A DNA stretch of 63,396 bases, counting the filler, from a bacterium (GTDB taxonomy: Bacteria > JALSQH01): the NCBI GenBank assembly GCA_026985515.1. It is 3 parts of 3 records of this genome, joined end to end, with 100 filler letters (N's around TTAATTAATTAA, not from the genome) between each part and the next. Parts side by side here need not be neighbours in the genome. Positions count along the whole stretch, not along the records: positions 42,388 to 63,396 come from JALSQH010000009.1; 2 more parts are not named here. One strand, written 5' to 3'. Below, one piece after another: positions 50,920-60,919 of this stretch. The notes under the pieces are model-generated. The model was given only the letters and a program-made list of their open reading frames with translations. It searched no databases and had not been told where the DNA came from. A program made the position numbers and the translations under genes. The first letter of the stretch is position 1. Each line of letters starts with the position of its first letter.

Positions 50920-51216
50920 TTTTTGTTCCTTTCCTGAAGGTCTAATGATAACATATTATTTCAACTTCCTCAATTGGTATGGGTGGGATTGCAAACACCA
51001 TTTATACCCTACTTTAATCCGAAACCATTTAAAAAGGCTAATTTCATTTTTTATCCAAAGAAGCTGGTTATTGCTTTTTTCCCTCTTAAGAAAAGTTTTA
51101 ATGTTCAACTCCCTGTAAAATCATTCTATTTTGACTGGAGATGATGAGGTCTTGACACGACTCTTTTTTTATTTTAATTTATAAGTGAGTGTTAACTTAC
51201 TTAAAGGAGGTTTGAA

Positions 51217-53184
51217 ATGGGAGAATTTGAATTTGGAGGAGGAATTGTATGGAGACCCACTGAGGAATATATTGAAAAAAGCAGGCTTAAAGAGTTTATG
51301 GATATTCACGGGATAAAGACCTGGGATGAGTTGTGGGAAAAATCGGTAAAGGAAACGGAGTGGTTCTGGAAAGCAGTTCTGGATTTTCTGAAAATTGAGT
51401 TTTACGAACCCTATGAGAAAATCGTTGATTTTTCTAAAGGCTATCCATGGACCAGATGGTGTGTTGGGGGGAAGATGAATATTGTCCATAATTGTCTTGA
51501 TAAGTGGATTGGAACACCCAGAGAGAATAAGGTTGCACTTATCTGGGAAGGCGAGGAGGGAACTGTCAGAAAATTGACATACAGGGAACTGTGGCGGGAA
51601 GTTAACAGGGTGGCAAATGGTCTGAAAAAGCTGGGGCTCGGTAAAGGAGATGCAATTGGTCTTTATATGCCGATGATTCCTGAAATAGCAGTGGCGCTTC
51701 TGGCAATAGTTAAAATTGGAGGAATTGTACTTCCTCTATTTTCAGGTTACGGTGCCAAAGCAATAAGTACAAGACTGGCTGATGCTGATGCAAAGGCACT
51801 CTTTACCGTTGATGGAGCGTACAGAAGAGGGAAAATAGTTCCAATGAAGCCCACGGCTGATGAGGCACTTAAGAATGTACCCACCATTGAAAAGGTGATC
51901 GTTTACAGAAGGACAAATATTGAAGTTAACATGAAGGATGGCAGAGATATTTTCTGGGAAGATTTTCTGAAAGATACTTCTGAGGAATTTGAAACTGAAA
52001 AAACTGATGCTGAGGATGTGTTGATGATTATTTACACGAGTGGGACCACAGGTAAACCAAAAGGTGCAGTTCATATTCATTGTGGTTTCCCGATAAAAGC
52101 TGCACAGGATATGGCTCATGGACTTGATCTGCACGAGGATGACATACTTTACTGGCTCACAGATATGGGATGGATGATGGGGCCATGGGAAGTGTTTGGA
52201 ACCCTGTTACTTGGGAGTACATTTGTCCTTTACGATGGGGCCCCTGATTATCCTGATGTTGACAGGTTGTGGAGTCTTGTAGAGAAACACAGAATAACTG
52301 CTCTGGGAGTTTCACCCACTCTGATAAGGAGTCTCATGAAACATGGAGATGGACCTGTTAAAAAACATGATCTTTCATCCCTCAGACTTGCTGGATCTAC
52401 TGGTGAGCCATGGAATCCCGAACCCTGGATGTGGTTTTTCAAAACTGTTCTTGAGGGCAGAAAGCCAATCATAAATTACTCAGGTGGAACGGAGGTTTCC
52501 GGGGGAATCCTCATGGGAAATGTGATGAAGCCTCTAAAACCTGCTGCATTTTCAGGTCCTCTTCCCGGCATGTATGCTGATGTTGTTGATGAAAATGGAA
52601 ATTCCGTTAGAAATCAGGTTGGGGAACTTGTGGTGAGAAAGCCCTGGCTCGGTATGACCTATGGTTTCTGGAAGGATCCAGATAGATACATAAGAACATA
52701 CTGGTCAAGATTCAAAGATGTATGGGTTCATGGTGACTGGGCTGCAGTAGATGAGGATGGTTTGTGGTACATACTTGGAAGAAGCGACGATGTCATAAAA
52801 GTGGCAGGTAAAAGACTCGGTCCTGCAGAGGTGGAAAGCATCGTGGTTGAACATCCAGCTGTGGTTGAGGCTGCGGCTGTGGGTGTACCTGATCCAGTGA
52901 AAGGGCAGGTTGTGGTTGTCTTTGCAGTTTTAAAAGAGGGAGCTGAAGACAGAGAGAAGATAAAGGAGGAAATAAAAGACCTGATTGTTAAGGAGATGGG
53001 GAAGGCTCTTGCTCCAAAGGATGTACACTTTGTTTCGCAGCTGCCTCAAACACGTAATGCCAAAGTGATAAGGAGAGCAATAAGAGCTGCATATATTGGA
53101 GAGGATCCAGGAGATCTCAGTTCCCTTCTGAATCCTGAAGCACTGGAGGAAATAAAGGAACTGGGCAGGAAATACTACCGTTGA
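51217..53184 (+). CDS. AMP-forming acyl-CoA synthetase (Acs-like)
   Basis: YTSGTTGKPKG, STGEPWNPE, GRSDDVIKVAGKR. Confidence 0.93.
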   Translation: MGEFEFGGGIVWRPTEEYIEKSRLKEFMDIHGIKTWDELWEKSVKETEWFWKAVLDFLKIEFYEPYEKIVDFSKGYPWTRWCVGGKMNIVHNCLDKWIGTPRENKVALIWEGEEGTVRKLTYRELWREVNRVANGLKKLGLGKGDAIGLYMPMIPEIAVALLAIVKIGGIVLPLFSGYGAKAISTRLADADAKALFTVDGAYRRGKIVPMKPTADEALKNVPTIEKVIVYRRTNIEVNMKDGRDIFWEDFLKDTSEEFETEKTDAEDVLMIIYTSGTTGKPKGAVHIHCGFPIKAAQDMAHGLDLHEDDILYWLTDMGWMMGPWEVFGTLLLGSTFVLYDGAPDYPDVDRLWSLVEKHRITALGVSPTLIRSLMKHGDGPVKKHDLSSLRLAGSTGEPWNPEPWMWFFKTVLEGRKPIINYSGGTEVSGGILMGNVMKPLKPAAFSGPLPGMYADVVDENGNSVRNQVGELVVRKPWLGMTYGFWKDPDRYIRTYWSRFKDVWVHGDWAAVDEDGLWYILGRSDDVIKVAGKRLGPAEVESIVVEHPAVVEAAAVGVPDPVKGQVVVVFAVLKEGAEDREKIKEEIKDLIVKEMGKALAPKDVHFVSQLPQTRNAKVIRRAIRAAYIGEDPGDLSSLLNPEALEEIKELGRKYYR

Positions 53185-53189
53185 GCAGT

Positions 53190-53352
53190 AATTCTCAAAT
53201 AAAAAAGCTGGTTAGTCCAGCGTCTCTCTTTTTTACTTGTAAATCAGACCTCACCTGCCGTCACTTTTGGAGTGACGGCAGGATATTGAGTGTGTTTTAA
53301 AAATGATAAATTTTAGCTCCCCAAAATATCTTAATTGAGATTAGGGGTTAAA
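53190..53352. repeat. structured non-coding dispersed repeat, copy B
   Basis: Homologous to 18598-18763; hairpins GCTGG-TTAGT-CCAGC, CCTGCCGTCACT-TTTGG-AGTGACGGCAGG (53254-82) and an imperfect CCCCAAAATATC..GAGATTAGGGG. Confidence 0.85.
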
Positions 53353-53407
53353 TTTGACTTCTTTTCCTTTAAAAGGAAAATGATAGAAAAAGAAACGGAG
53401 GTATTAA

Positions 53408-54595
53408 ATGAGTAGAAGGAGAAGTGTAATTGTTTCTGCTGCCAGAACCCCGGTTGGAGCATTTCTGGGAGGACTCAGCAGTGTTCCTGCCCCAAAACTG
53501 GGAGCTGTGGCCATCAAAGAAGCCATAAAGAGAGCAGGAATTGAACCGGAAAAGGTGGATGAGGTAATAATGGGGAATGTCATTACAGGTGGAGAGGGTC
53601 AAGCACCGGCAAGGCAGGCAACTATTTTTGCAGGATTACCTGTAACCACGCCTGCAATGACAATTAACAAAGTTTGTGGCTCAGGTTTGAAAAGCATCAT
53701 GCTTGCTGAGCAGATAATTGCTGCAGGGGATTCAAACATCATTGTGGCAGGTGGTCAGGAAAATATGAGCCTTGCTCCGTATGCGCTGCATAAAGCGAGA
53801 ACCGGATATAGACTCGGGAATGGGGAACTGGTTGATCTTATGATTAAAGATGGGTTATGGGATGTTTACAATGATTTTCATATGGGAGAGGCGGCTGATA
53901 TATGTGCTAAGGAGTGTAACATTTCCAGGGAAGAGCAGGATGAATTTGCTGCTGAAAGCTATAGAAGGGCTCTTAAAGCCATGGACGAAGGATGGTTCAA
54001 GGATGAAATAGTGCCGGTAGAGGTACCTGGAAAGAAAGGTGAAGTAATTGTGGTGGAAGAAGATGAAAGTCCCAGAAATGTTAAATTTGATAAAATTCCT
54101 AAACTAAAACCAGCCTTTACACCTGATGGTACTGTAACAGCTGCCAATGCATCATCAATTAATGATGGCGCTGCAGCTGTTGTTGTGGTTGCTGAGGAGG
54201 TGGCTGAAAAAATGAATTTGAAGCCAATGGCAAGGATAATTGCCCATGCTCAGGCTTCAACTGAACCAAAGTACTTCACGAAAGCTCCCGTCTATGCCAT
54301 TAAAAAGGTTCTTGAAAAGGCTGGTATGAAAATTGAAGACATTGATCTCTGGGAAATAAATGAGGCATTTGCGGTTGTCACTCTTCTTGCCATAAGGGAA
54401 CTTGGTCTTGATCCTGCAAAGGTAAATGTTCATGGTGGGGCAGTTTCAATAGGTCATCCAATTGGGGCAAGTGGAGCAAGAATTCTTACAACTCTTCTCT
54501 ATGCCCTGAAGAGGTATAATAAAAAGTATGGTGTTGCTTCGCTCTGTATTGGTGGTGGTGAAGCAGTGGCTATGATTGTGGAGAATATTGATTAA
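53408..54595 (+). CDS. acetyl-CoA C-acetyltransferase (thiolase)
   Basis: INKVCGSG, NEAFA, GHPIGASG, CIGGG. Confidence 0.97.
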   Translation: MSRRRSVIVSAARTPVGAFLGGLSSVPAPKLGAVAIKEAIKRAGIEPEKVDEVIMGNVITGGEGQAPARQATIFAGLPVTTPAMTINKVCGSGLKSIMLAEQIIAAGDSNIIVAGGQENMSLAPYALHKARTGYRLGNGELVDLMIKDGLWDVYNDFHMGEAADICAKECNISREEQDEFAAESYRRALKAMDEGWFKDEIVPVEVPGKKGEVIVVEEDESPRNVKFDKIPKLKPAFTPDGTVTAANASSINDGAAAVVVVAEEVAEKMNLKPMARIIAHAQASTEPKYFTKAPVYAIKKVLEKAGMKIEDIDLWEINEAFAVVTLLAIRELGLDPAKVNVHGGAVSIGHPIGASGARILTTLLYALKRYNKKYGVASLCIGGGEAVAMIVENID

Positions 54596-54619
54596 AGAAG
54601 AGATTAAAATGAGCATTTT

Positions 54620-54646
54620 CCCTCTCCTTCGGGAGAGGGTTTTTTT
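54620..54646 (+). terminator. intrinsic terminator
   Basis: CCCTCTCC-TTCG-GGAGAGGG followed by T7. Confidence 0.85.
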
Positions 54647-56882
54647 ATTTTTTGAGGAAATTTTGAAGTTCGGGAAAGTCTTTGAAGAGTTTTGATCTCT
54701 CAGCTTTTAATTTCAGCGTTGGGTCAAGGATAAAAGCTTTTTTCAGAGAATTAAGGGCCTTTTCTTTTTCTCCTAACCTGTAGTAAGCCTCTCCAAGATT
54801 GTACCAGGCTTTCGCTGAACCAGGTTTCATGGTGACGGCATCTGAGAGGACAGTGACAGCCCTGCTGTAGTTACCGAGCCTTATCAGTGTTAATCCGAGA
54901 TTTATCATTGCGTCAGGTGTCTTTCTGTATTTGAGGGAATCTTCGAACATCTTTGCGGCAAGCTCATATTTCCCTGAAAGAGTATATACATCCCCTAAAG
55001 CCTGGAGGAACTCGGCGTACTTTTTATAGTATTTCTTCCTGTATTTTATGTTTCTCCTCTGAATTCTCATTAGTTTTGAGGTTGCTCTTTTGTAAGCTTC
55101 AGCTCCAAACTCAATAGCCTTCTTTATTTCACCCTTCTTTATGTAGCATGAAAGAATGTATGTGGCGTATTTTAATGGTGCAGTGTAGTATATTCTGTAT
55201 GCTGTCAGAAGATGAGGTAGAGCTTTATCGCAATTGCCCATCTGATAATAGAAGTAACCCAACTGCTGTCTGCCGATGCCGTAGTATGGAACCATTCTGG
55301 CAGTCTGTTCAAGGTCTCTCAGGGCAGCATCCATCTGCCCCATTTTTATCAGACTCACAGCCCTGTCGTAATAGAAACCTTCCATGGTGGGATTGTTTTT
55401 AATAGCGTCATCAAGGAGTATCTTGGAATAATCCCACTTTCTGATGGATTTCAGAAGTCTTGCTTCTTTGTAAAATACCTCTGCCTTCCATCCTCGAAAC
55501 GACAGAATTACGGTTAGCAGAAAGATGAAAGTTGCAAATGTGGTGAGTCCAATTCTCACAGCTGTACTTTTCACAGAAATAAACCTTCTTTTCTCTGCGT
55601 AATTTCTGTGCATTACCTCCAGCAGGCCCAGAAAACTCCAGAAGTAGAGAGAAGCAGTTGGTTCCTGCAGAGGGAAGGAAAAGAACATCACAGTTAAGAA
55701 GCCCACAATTCCCGTTGAAATTGACCAGAAAAGCCAGAAATCATCCCATTCTGTTATTTTTTTCACGAGAGTCCAGAAGATCATGATTATGGCTGCAATT
55801 ATCCAGAGAAGGATGAGAAATCCCTCAATTCCAAGATCCACAAGTGTCTGTATGTAGTCATTGTGGCTTCTTACCACTCTTGTATTGTTGTGAAGAGTCA
55901 TATTGATGAGATAGGGTGTGTAATAGAGTGGAAAGTATATCTCAAGATTTGCCAGTCCAAGTCCAAATGGGTGTTCCTTCACTATCTGAGGTGCCCTGCT
56001 CCATGTTTCCAGTCTGAATCTGATTGAATCATCCTTGACTGTTTCGAAGTGTATAACCGTGGAAAATTTCTTTCTTATTTTTCTTCCATTTTCGGTCTGG
56101 AACAGGATAAGATAAGCACCACCAATGAATAAAATTGTGAACCACACAATAGTTGCAGTTGAAAATGGTAGTTTTTTCCTTTTTATTCTCACATAGAGAA
56201 TGAGAATAAATATGGCAAAAATGATTTCCACTATTGCACCCAGAAGACTTGCCCTGTTTTTGGCAATGAAAAAGTAGTAATAAAGAGGGAGCATACCTGA
56301 GAGAATCAGGACTCTTTTCAGATTGCTTTTTGTAACTCCAAGAAGACCAATATAAGAAGGCAGGAGAACTATTACATAGTGGAGAACGAAGTTTGTTAAT
56401 CCTATTGTGGAGGAAGGGTCACTCTCTCCATACTGGTCCTTTGGAAGGTAAAGAATCTGAGTGTACTGCAATAGACCATAAAGGATGACTATAAAGGTTG
56501 CGACAAATGCAATTTCAATGAAAGAAATGATATCCTTTCTGTCTTCAAAACTGTTCAGTATCAAATAATAAATACCAACACTACCCCCCACCTTTAAAAT
56601 CAATTCAGCTCCTTTATAGTAGTTGTAGCTCCAGAGAAGCGAAAGGGCAGCAAGAGTTATGAAGAGGGTAACAGGAATTGTGGTCTTACCAATGTAGAAA
56701 GACCATTTCTCTTTTTTAAGTGAATCGATAAGCCAGTAAAGGATTCCTCCATACGCCAGCAGGTTGAGCCAGAAAGCCTTTGACCAGAAATATTCAGTTG
56801 AAACTCTGTTGTCAAAATAAAGAACAGGAATGAGAAAAATTGCAAGATATGGAAATATTTTGAGAGAGATTTTTTTATCCAT
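54645..56882 (-). CDS. O-antigen ligase/O-OTase-like membrane protein with C-terminal TPRs
   Basis: About 12 TM helices, R-x-x-x-W, GLGLAN, SHNDYIQ; TPR motifs AMINLG and AWYNLGEAY. Confidence 0.85.
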   Translation of the reverse strand: MDKKISLKIFPYLAIFLIPVLYFDNRVSTEYFWSKAFWLNLLAYGGILYWLIDSLKKEKWSFYIGKTTIPVTLFITLAALSLLWSYNYYKGAELILKVGGSVGIYYLILNSFEDRKDIISFIEIAFVATFIVILYGLLQYTQILYLPKDQYGESDPSSTIGLTNFVLHYVIVLLPSYIGLLGVTKSNLKRVLILSGMLPLYYYFFIAKNRASLLGAIVEIIFAIFILILYVRIKRKKLPFSTATIVWFTILFIGGAYLILFQTENGRKIRKKFSTVIHFETVKDDSIRFRLETWSRAPQIVKEHPFGLGLANLEIYFPLYYTPYLINMTLHNNTRVVRSHNDYIQTLVDLGIEGFLILLWIIAAIIMIFWTLVKKITEWDDFWLFWSISTGIVGFLTVMFFSFPLQEPTASLYFWSFLGLLEVMHRNYAEKRRFISVKSTAVRIGLTTFATFIFLLTVILSFRGWKAEVFYKEARLLKSIRKWDYSKILLDDAIKNNPTMEGFYYDRAVSLIKMGQMDAALRDLEQTARMVPYYGIGRQQLGYFYYQMGNCDKALPHLLTAYRIYYTAPLKYATYILSCYIKKGEIKKAIEFGAEAYKRATSKLMRIQRRNIKYRKKYYKKYAEFLQALGDVYTLSGKYELAAKMFEDSLKYRKTPDAMINLGLTLIRLGNYSRAVTVLSDAVTMKPGSAKAWYNLGEAYYRLGEKEKALNSLKKAFILDPTLKLKAERSKLFKDFPELQNFLKK

Positions 56883-57486
56883 TTTCTACAGCAATACCCT
56901 TCATAACTAAATCCACAATTTTCTCTTTGAGTTCATCTTCATTTTCAAAATCTTCAATGGCCAATCCTTTTAAAGCAAAACCTGAAAAAATCATTTCCAG
57001 AGAACCAAAGATCATGATTGTTGTTAGCCTTAAATTTATATCTTTTTTGATTTCATTCCTTTCTGAATGTTCCTTAAGAGCTTTTTCAACAATGAGAAAA
57101 GATTTCATAAACCCTTTCAGGTATTCTTTCCTCTTAATTCTGTTAGAGTGGATAACTTCAATGATGATTACCTCTATTAATTCTGGAAAATTTACGTATG
57201 AATTTATAAGGAAAGAAACGAGATTGTAGATCTTTTCTTTAAAGGTTATTGTGTCATCGCTGAATATCTCTTCAAGGACTTTGAGGAAAATGTTCCATGT
57301 TTCGGTGAATATTACATGCAGAATTTTGTCCTTGCCTTTGTAATAATGATACACAAGACCATATGCGACCTTTGCCTCTCTTGCTATATCGGAAATCCTC
57401 GTGTTATCAAAACCCTTTCTTGCAAAGACTCTGATAGCTGCTTCAAGAATAATTTTCTTTTTCTTTTCAGACTTTTTTAACTTCAT
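56875..57486 (-). CDS. TetR/AcrR family regulator
   Basis: ILEAAIRVFARKGF..TRISDIAREAKVAYGLVYHYY. Confidence 0.95.
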   Translation of the reverse strand: MKLKKSEKKKKIILEAAIRVFARKGFDNTRISDIAREAKVAYGLVYHYYKGKDKILHVIFTETWNIFLKVLEEIFSDDTITFKEKIYNLVSFLINSYVNFPELIEVIIIEVIHSNRIKRKEYLKGFMKSFLIVEKALKEHSERNEIKKDINLRLTTIMIFGSLEMIFSGFALKGLAIEDFENEDELKEKIVDLVMKGIAVENG

Positions 57487-57494
57487 TTTAACTT

Positions 57495-57560
57495 ATTCTA
57501 TGATTATGGTCTGGTAATGTCAAGATAGAAAATTGAAGTTAATCCGAAGATTAATATAAT
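57495..57560. promoter_or_regulatory. divergent promoters and candidate operator
   Basis: Minus: TTGACA-17-TAGAAT (57523-57495). Plus: TTGAAG-16-TATAAT (57533-57560), whose spacer is the palindrome TTAATC-CGAA-GATTAA. Confidence 0.6.
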
Positions 57561-57588
57561 TTTACTGAAACTTGAAAAGGATGATAAA

Positions 57589-58740
57589 ATGAAGAGAGTT
57601 CTGTGCTACCTTGCTTTTTTGAGTCTCCTTTCTTCCGTTTACCTGTATTCTTACTCCTTACAGGTTACCGGACCGGTGAAGGACATTAAATTTCATCCTG
57701 TGGTATTTTTTCAGCCTGGATACAGAGTTGTGGGAAACACTTCATTTAACAGGTATGATCAGAACGGTTTCTTTTTTGGAAAGGCCAAGGTTGGGGGAAA
57801 GGTTGAAAGTAAGTTTATGAATAGAAAGGTTATTCTGAAAAGTGTGGCAAATATTTCCACAGGGGTTTTTGAGTTAAACGATCTTTTCATTGATATTGAA
57901 TTTTTACCTCAACTTGTCCTGAGAGTCGGTCAGTTTAAGGTACCTTTCCTCGAAACGAATGAAATTTCTGAATGCAGGAGTCAGTTTACCAGTAAGCCTT
58001 TTTTGTCCACTCTTTCTTTTAAAAGGGACAGGGGTGCCGCAATTAAAGGTAAAATTTCTTTGCTTAAAATAGATTATTTTGCAGGAGTATTCAACGGAGA
58101 AGGCACCGGTCAGCAGGTTAACATTAATGAAAAATATCTCTTCACTTTCAGGGTTGGTTTTTCTCCTTTTGGATATTTTAATTTTAAAGATTCTTCTGAC
58201 CTGGAGAGGGTCAGAAACTGGAAGATCAGAATAGGTGTTGGATATGCCTATAATCCTGATGATTCGCGCTCAAAATTTCATAACAGGAATATAAGATATA
58301 CCGCGGACTTAATGGTAAAATTCAGAGGATTTTCAATGACAGGTGCCTATGCAATTTCAAATAGATTGAGAACTGGCAACGACACATCCTTTAAACCTTT
58401 CAGTCAGAAAGGATGGTTTGTTCAGTTTGGATATATTGAACCCTTTTTAAATATTGTTGAGCCTGTTTTCAGGTATGAGAGGTACGACAACAATGACAGA
58501 AGTGATGGTTTTGTGGAGAAGGAAATAAATGGTATAACCATGAAGGAGTGGAAGGTACCTGATGATGCAGCGAGGGAGAGATATCAGTTTGGTTTAAACT
58601 TTTACTTTGCAAAACACAATCTTGAATTGAAAGCAATTTATTCAATTTTCAATTTTCTTGAAGGTCCCCGAACAGACCTGAATGGAGATCCACTTATAGG
58701 AGACAGTTTTGAATTGCAACTGCAATTCGGAATTTTTTAG
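57589..58740 (+). CDS. porin, OprO/OprP-like
   Basis: Signal peptide, LRVGQFKVPF..E, RDRG, GVFNGEG, terminal Phe. Confidence 0.8.
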   Translation: MKRVLCYLAFLSLLSSVYLYSYSLQVTGPVKDIKFHPVVFFQPGYRVVGNTSFNRYDQNGFFFGKAKVGGKVESKFMNRKVILKSVANISTGVFELNDLFIDIEFLPQLVLRVGQFKVPFLETNEISECRSQFTSKPFLSTLSFKRDRGAAIKGKISLLKIDYFAGVFNGEGTGQQVNINEKYLFTFRVGFSPFGYFNFKDSSDLERVRNWKIRIGVGYAYNPDDSRSKFHNRNIRYTADLMVKFRGFSMTGAYAISNRLRTGNDTSFKPFSQKGWFVQFGYIEPFLNIVEPVFRYERYDNNDRSDGFVEKEINGITMKEWKVPDDAARERYQFGLNFYFAKHNLELKAIYSIFNFLEGPRTDLNGDPLIGDSFELQLQFGIF

Positions 58741-58749
58741 GAGGATAAG

Positions 58750-59793
58750 ATGAGGAAAGTATGGTTTCTTGGATTTTTACTCTCTATATTCATCGTTACA
58801 GGGGGTTGTCGGAAAGGTAAACCTAATGCAGACTGGATTGGTAGTGAAAGATATGTTCAAAAAAGTGTTTTTGAATGTCCCTATCCTGATAGAGGAAATT
58901 TGCCATTTAAATTAGAGGCATCATCTTTCAGACATCCATCTGTAGTTAAAGAGGCGAAAAATGGGGGAATAATTGGATATTTTGCCCCTGACATTCTTTC
59001 CAATAAGAGAGGAGAATCAATCGTCCTGAAAGGAGTAATTGGATATGGAAATGGAATATCGCTTTCATCTCCTTTATCAGATGAGTATGTCAGCGTATGG
59101 TGGTATGATGGTGAAAAATGGAAGATGATTGGAAGAACTCTGACAGATAGTGATGGAAACTACAATATAGAGGTGCCTGGCGAAATTCTTGAAAAGTGGG
59201 GAAATTACAGATTTTATGTTTTTGTTGAGGGGGATGCAACATGTACAACCCAGCTTGTTATGCAGCATCCTGAAGGTTCGAAATTTGTTATAACGGATAT
59301 TGATGGGACATTGACAATCGATGATAATCAGGTCCTTTTACAGTTGCAGGATCCTTCATATATACCTCAAAGCTGGGATGGTGCTGTGGATGTGATGAAT
59401 GGCTATGCCAGGAAGGGTTACTATATAATTTACCTCACTGCGAGGCCCAGGGCACTTGATCTTTTAACAAAATCATGGCTCATTGCAGAGGGATACCCGG
59501 AAGGAGCTGTTCATACTGCTACTAATTTTGTATATGGTGAATCTGCTGCAAGATACAAAACTGAATTTCTTACCCATATAGTGGATGATTTAGGCTGGAA
59601 GATTGTCGCGGCTCATGGAAATGCTGAATCTGATATTGAGGCTTATCAAAATGCAGGTGTACCCGATGACAGAATATTCGTGATCGGGGAAAATGCAGGA
59701 TTAAATGGTTCCACACCGGTCAGTAACTATAAAGATTTTATGAATTCAGATTTTTACAGAAATCTCCCTCCAGCAGAACAGCCGGATAGGTAG
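58750..59793 (+). CDS. lipoprotein with an LNS2/lipin-like HAD domain
   Basis: Lipobox TGGC, TDIDGTLT, YLTARP, K, AAHGNAESD. Confidence 0.8.
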   Translation: MRKVWFLGFLLSIFIVTGGCRKGKPNADWIGSERYVQKSVFECPYPDRGNLPFKLEASSFRHPSVVKEAKNGGIIGYFAPDILSNKRGESIVLKGVIGYGNGISLSSPLSDEYVSVWWYDGEKWKMIGRTLTDSDGNYNIEVPGEILEKWGNYRFYVFVEGDATCTTQLVMQHPEGSKFVITDIDGTLTIDDNQVLLQLQDPSYIPQSWDGAVDVMNGYARKGYYIIYLTARPRALDLLTKSWLIAEGYPEGAVHTATNFVYGESAARYKTEFLTHIVDDLGWKIVAAHGNAESDIEAYQNAGVPDDRIFVIGENAGLNGSTPVSNYKDFMNSDFYRNLPPAEQPDR

Positions 59794-59883
59794 AATCAAC
59801 CTCTTCCTTTCAATTCTCTACTTTTGTGTTAAAATAATAAGAAAATTGCCATGAGGAGTTTTGGTTAAAGAAGGAGGTTTGTA

Positions 59884-60273
59884 ATGAGGATCATGAGACT
59901 CGCTATTCCAAGTGAGGATGACAGGGGACTGAACAGTAGCGTAAATGAACACTTTGGGAGGGCAAAATTTTATACTTTGATAGATGTGAGTGATACGGGG
60001 AAAATATTGAATGTGGAAGTTGTTCCTGTACCCTTTTCAGATCATGGGCCCGGTGATATTCCTCACTGGCTTAAAGAGCAGGGAGTAAATGTTGTTCTGG
60101 CGCTGGGTATGGGTGGAAAGGCAGTTGATTTCTTCTCTTCTCTGGGTATAGAGGTAATAAGGGGAGTTACTGGAAAGATAAGAGAAGTAGTTGAAGGATA
60201 TTTGAGCGGAAATCTTGTGACAGTTGAATGGCACAGTGATAAACATGGAGAAGGACATGGGAAACACCATTAA
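59884..60273 (+). CDS. NifB/NifX-family (FeMo-co-binding-like) protein
   Basis: AIPS...VNEHFGRA, GMGGKA. Confidence 0.88.
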   Translation: MRIMRLAIPSEDDRGLNSSVNEHFGRAKFYTLIDVSDTGKILNVEVVPVPFSDHGPGDIPHWLKEQGVNVVLALGMGGKAVDFFSSLGIEVIRGVTGKIREVVEGYLSGNLVTVEWHSDKHGEGHGKHH

Positions 60274-60919
60274 AGGTGTTGTCTTTGATCTTGATGAAAC
60301 ATTGATTGATTCAAAAGATTCAATTGTTGCATACCACAGAGAACTGTTTAAATATCTGGGACTGGAATTTCCCGAAGATCATGCATACTGGTTCTACACC
60401 CTGCCTGCAGAAGAAATAACCAACAGGTTATTCCCCGATGAGTCTTACAGGGAGAAGGCAAGGGAATTCAGGAAAAATTTTGATTTCAGGAAATTATTCA
60501 AAATGATCAGATTAAAACCCGGGGTTCCTGAAATTCTCAATCGTTTAAGAGAATCTGGGAAAAAGCTGGCAGTGGTAACCAATAGAGGAATATCCACCAG
60601 ACCTGTGCTTGAACACTTTAATCTGCTTGATTTGTTTGATATTGTTCTTCCTGCAAATGAGGTGAAATTTCCCAAGCCCGATCCCTATCCTTTAAAGGTT
60701 ATTATGGAAAAATGGAAAGCAGAAAGGGATGAAATCATTTATATTGGTGATTCTGAAATTGATGTGGAGACAGGAACGAGAGCCGGAGTGTACACTGTTA
60801 CAGTGGGGAGGAAATTTTCAGGTGTTAATTACATTCCAACCCTTGAATATCTACCTGACCTGATAAGAAAATTTGAAAAGGAAAAGGTAAGAGAGGGGGT
60901 GGCAGGTGAGAAATTCTAA
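60257..60919 (+). CDS. HAD-family hydrolase (PGP-like)
   Basis: FDLDETL, VTN, KPDP, IGDSEID. Confidence 0.9.
   Translation: MGNTIKGVVFDLDETLIDSKDSIVAYHRELFKYLGLEFPEDHAYWFYTLPAEEITNRLFPDESYREKAREFRKNFDFRKLFKMIRLKPGVPEILNRLRESGKKLAVVTNRGISTRPVLEHFNLLDLFDIVLPANEVKFPKPDPYPLKVIMEKWKAERDEIIYIGDSEIDVETGTRAGVYTVTVGRKFSGVNYIPTLEYLPDLIRKFEKEKVREGVAGEKF

Noticed and set aside
50943-51002. Minus-strand micro-ORF MVFAIPPIPIEEVEIICYH, faintly like a PII C-terminus
   Set aside because: Too short to support and no further homology visible
51058-51090. AAGCTGGTTA match to the left part of the dispersed repeat
   Set aside because: Only about 10 nt and neither hairpin is present; compatible with chance
59884-60273. 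NifX-like gene as evidence of nitrogen fixation
   Set aside because: The family is widespread in non-diazotrophs and no nif structural genes are in the window
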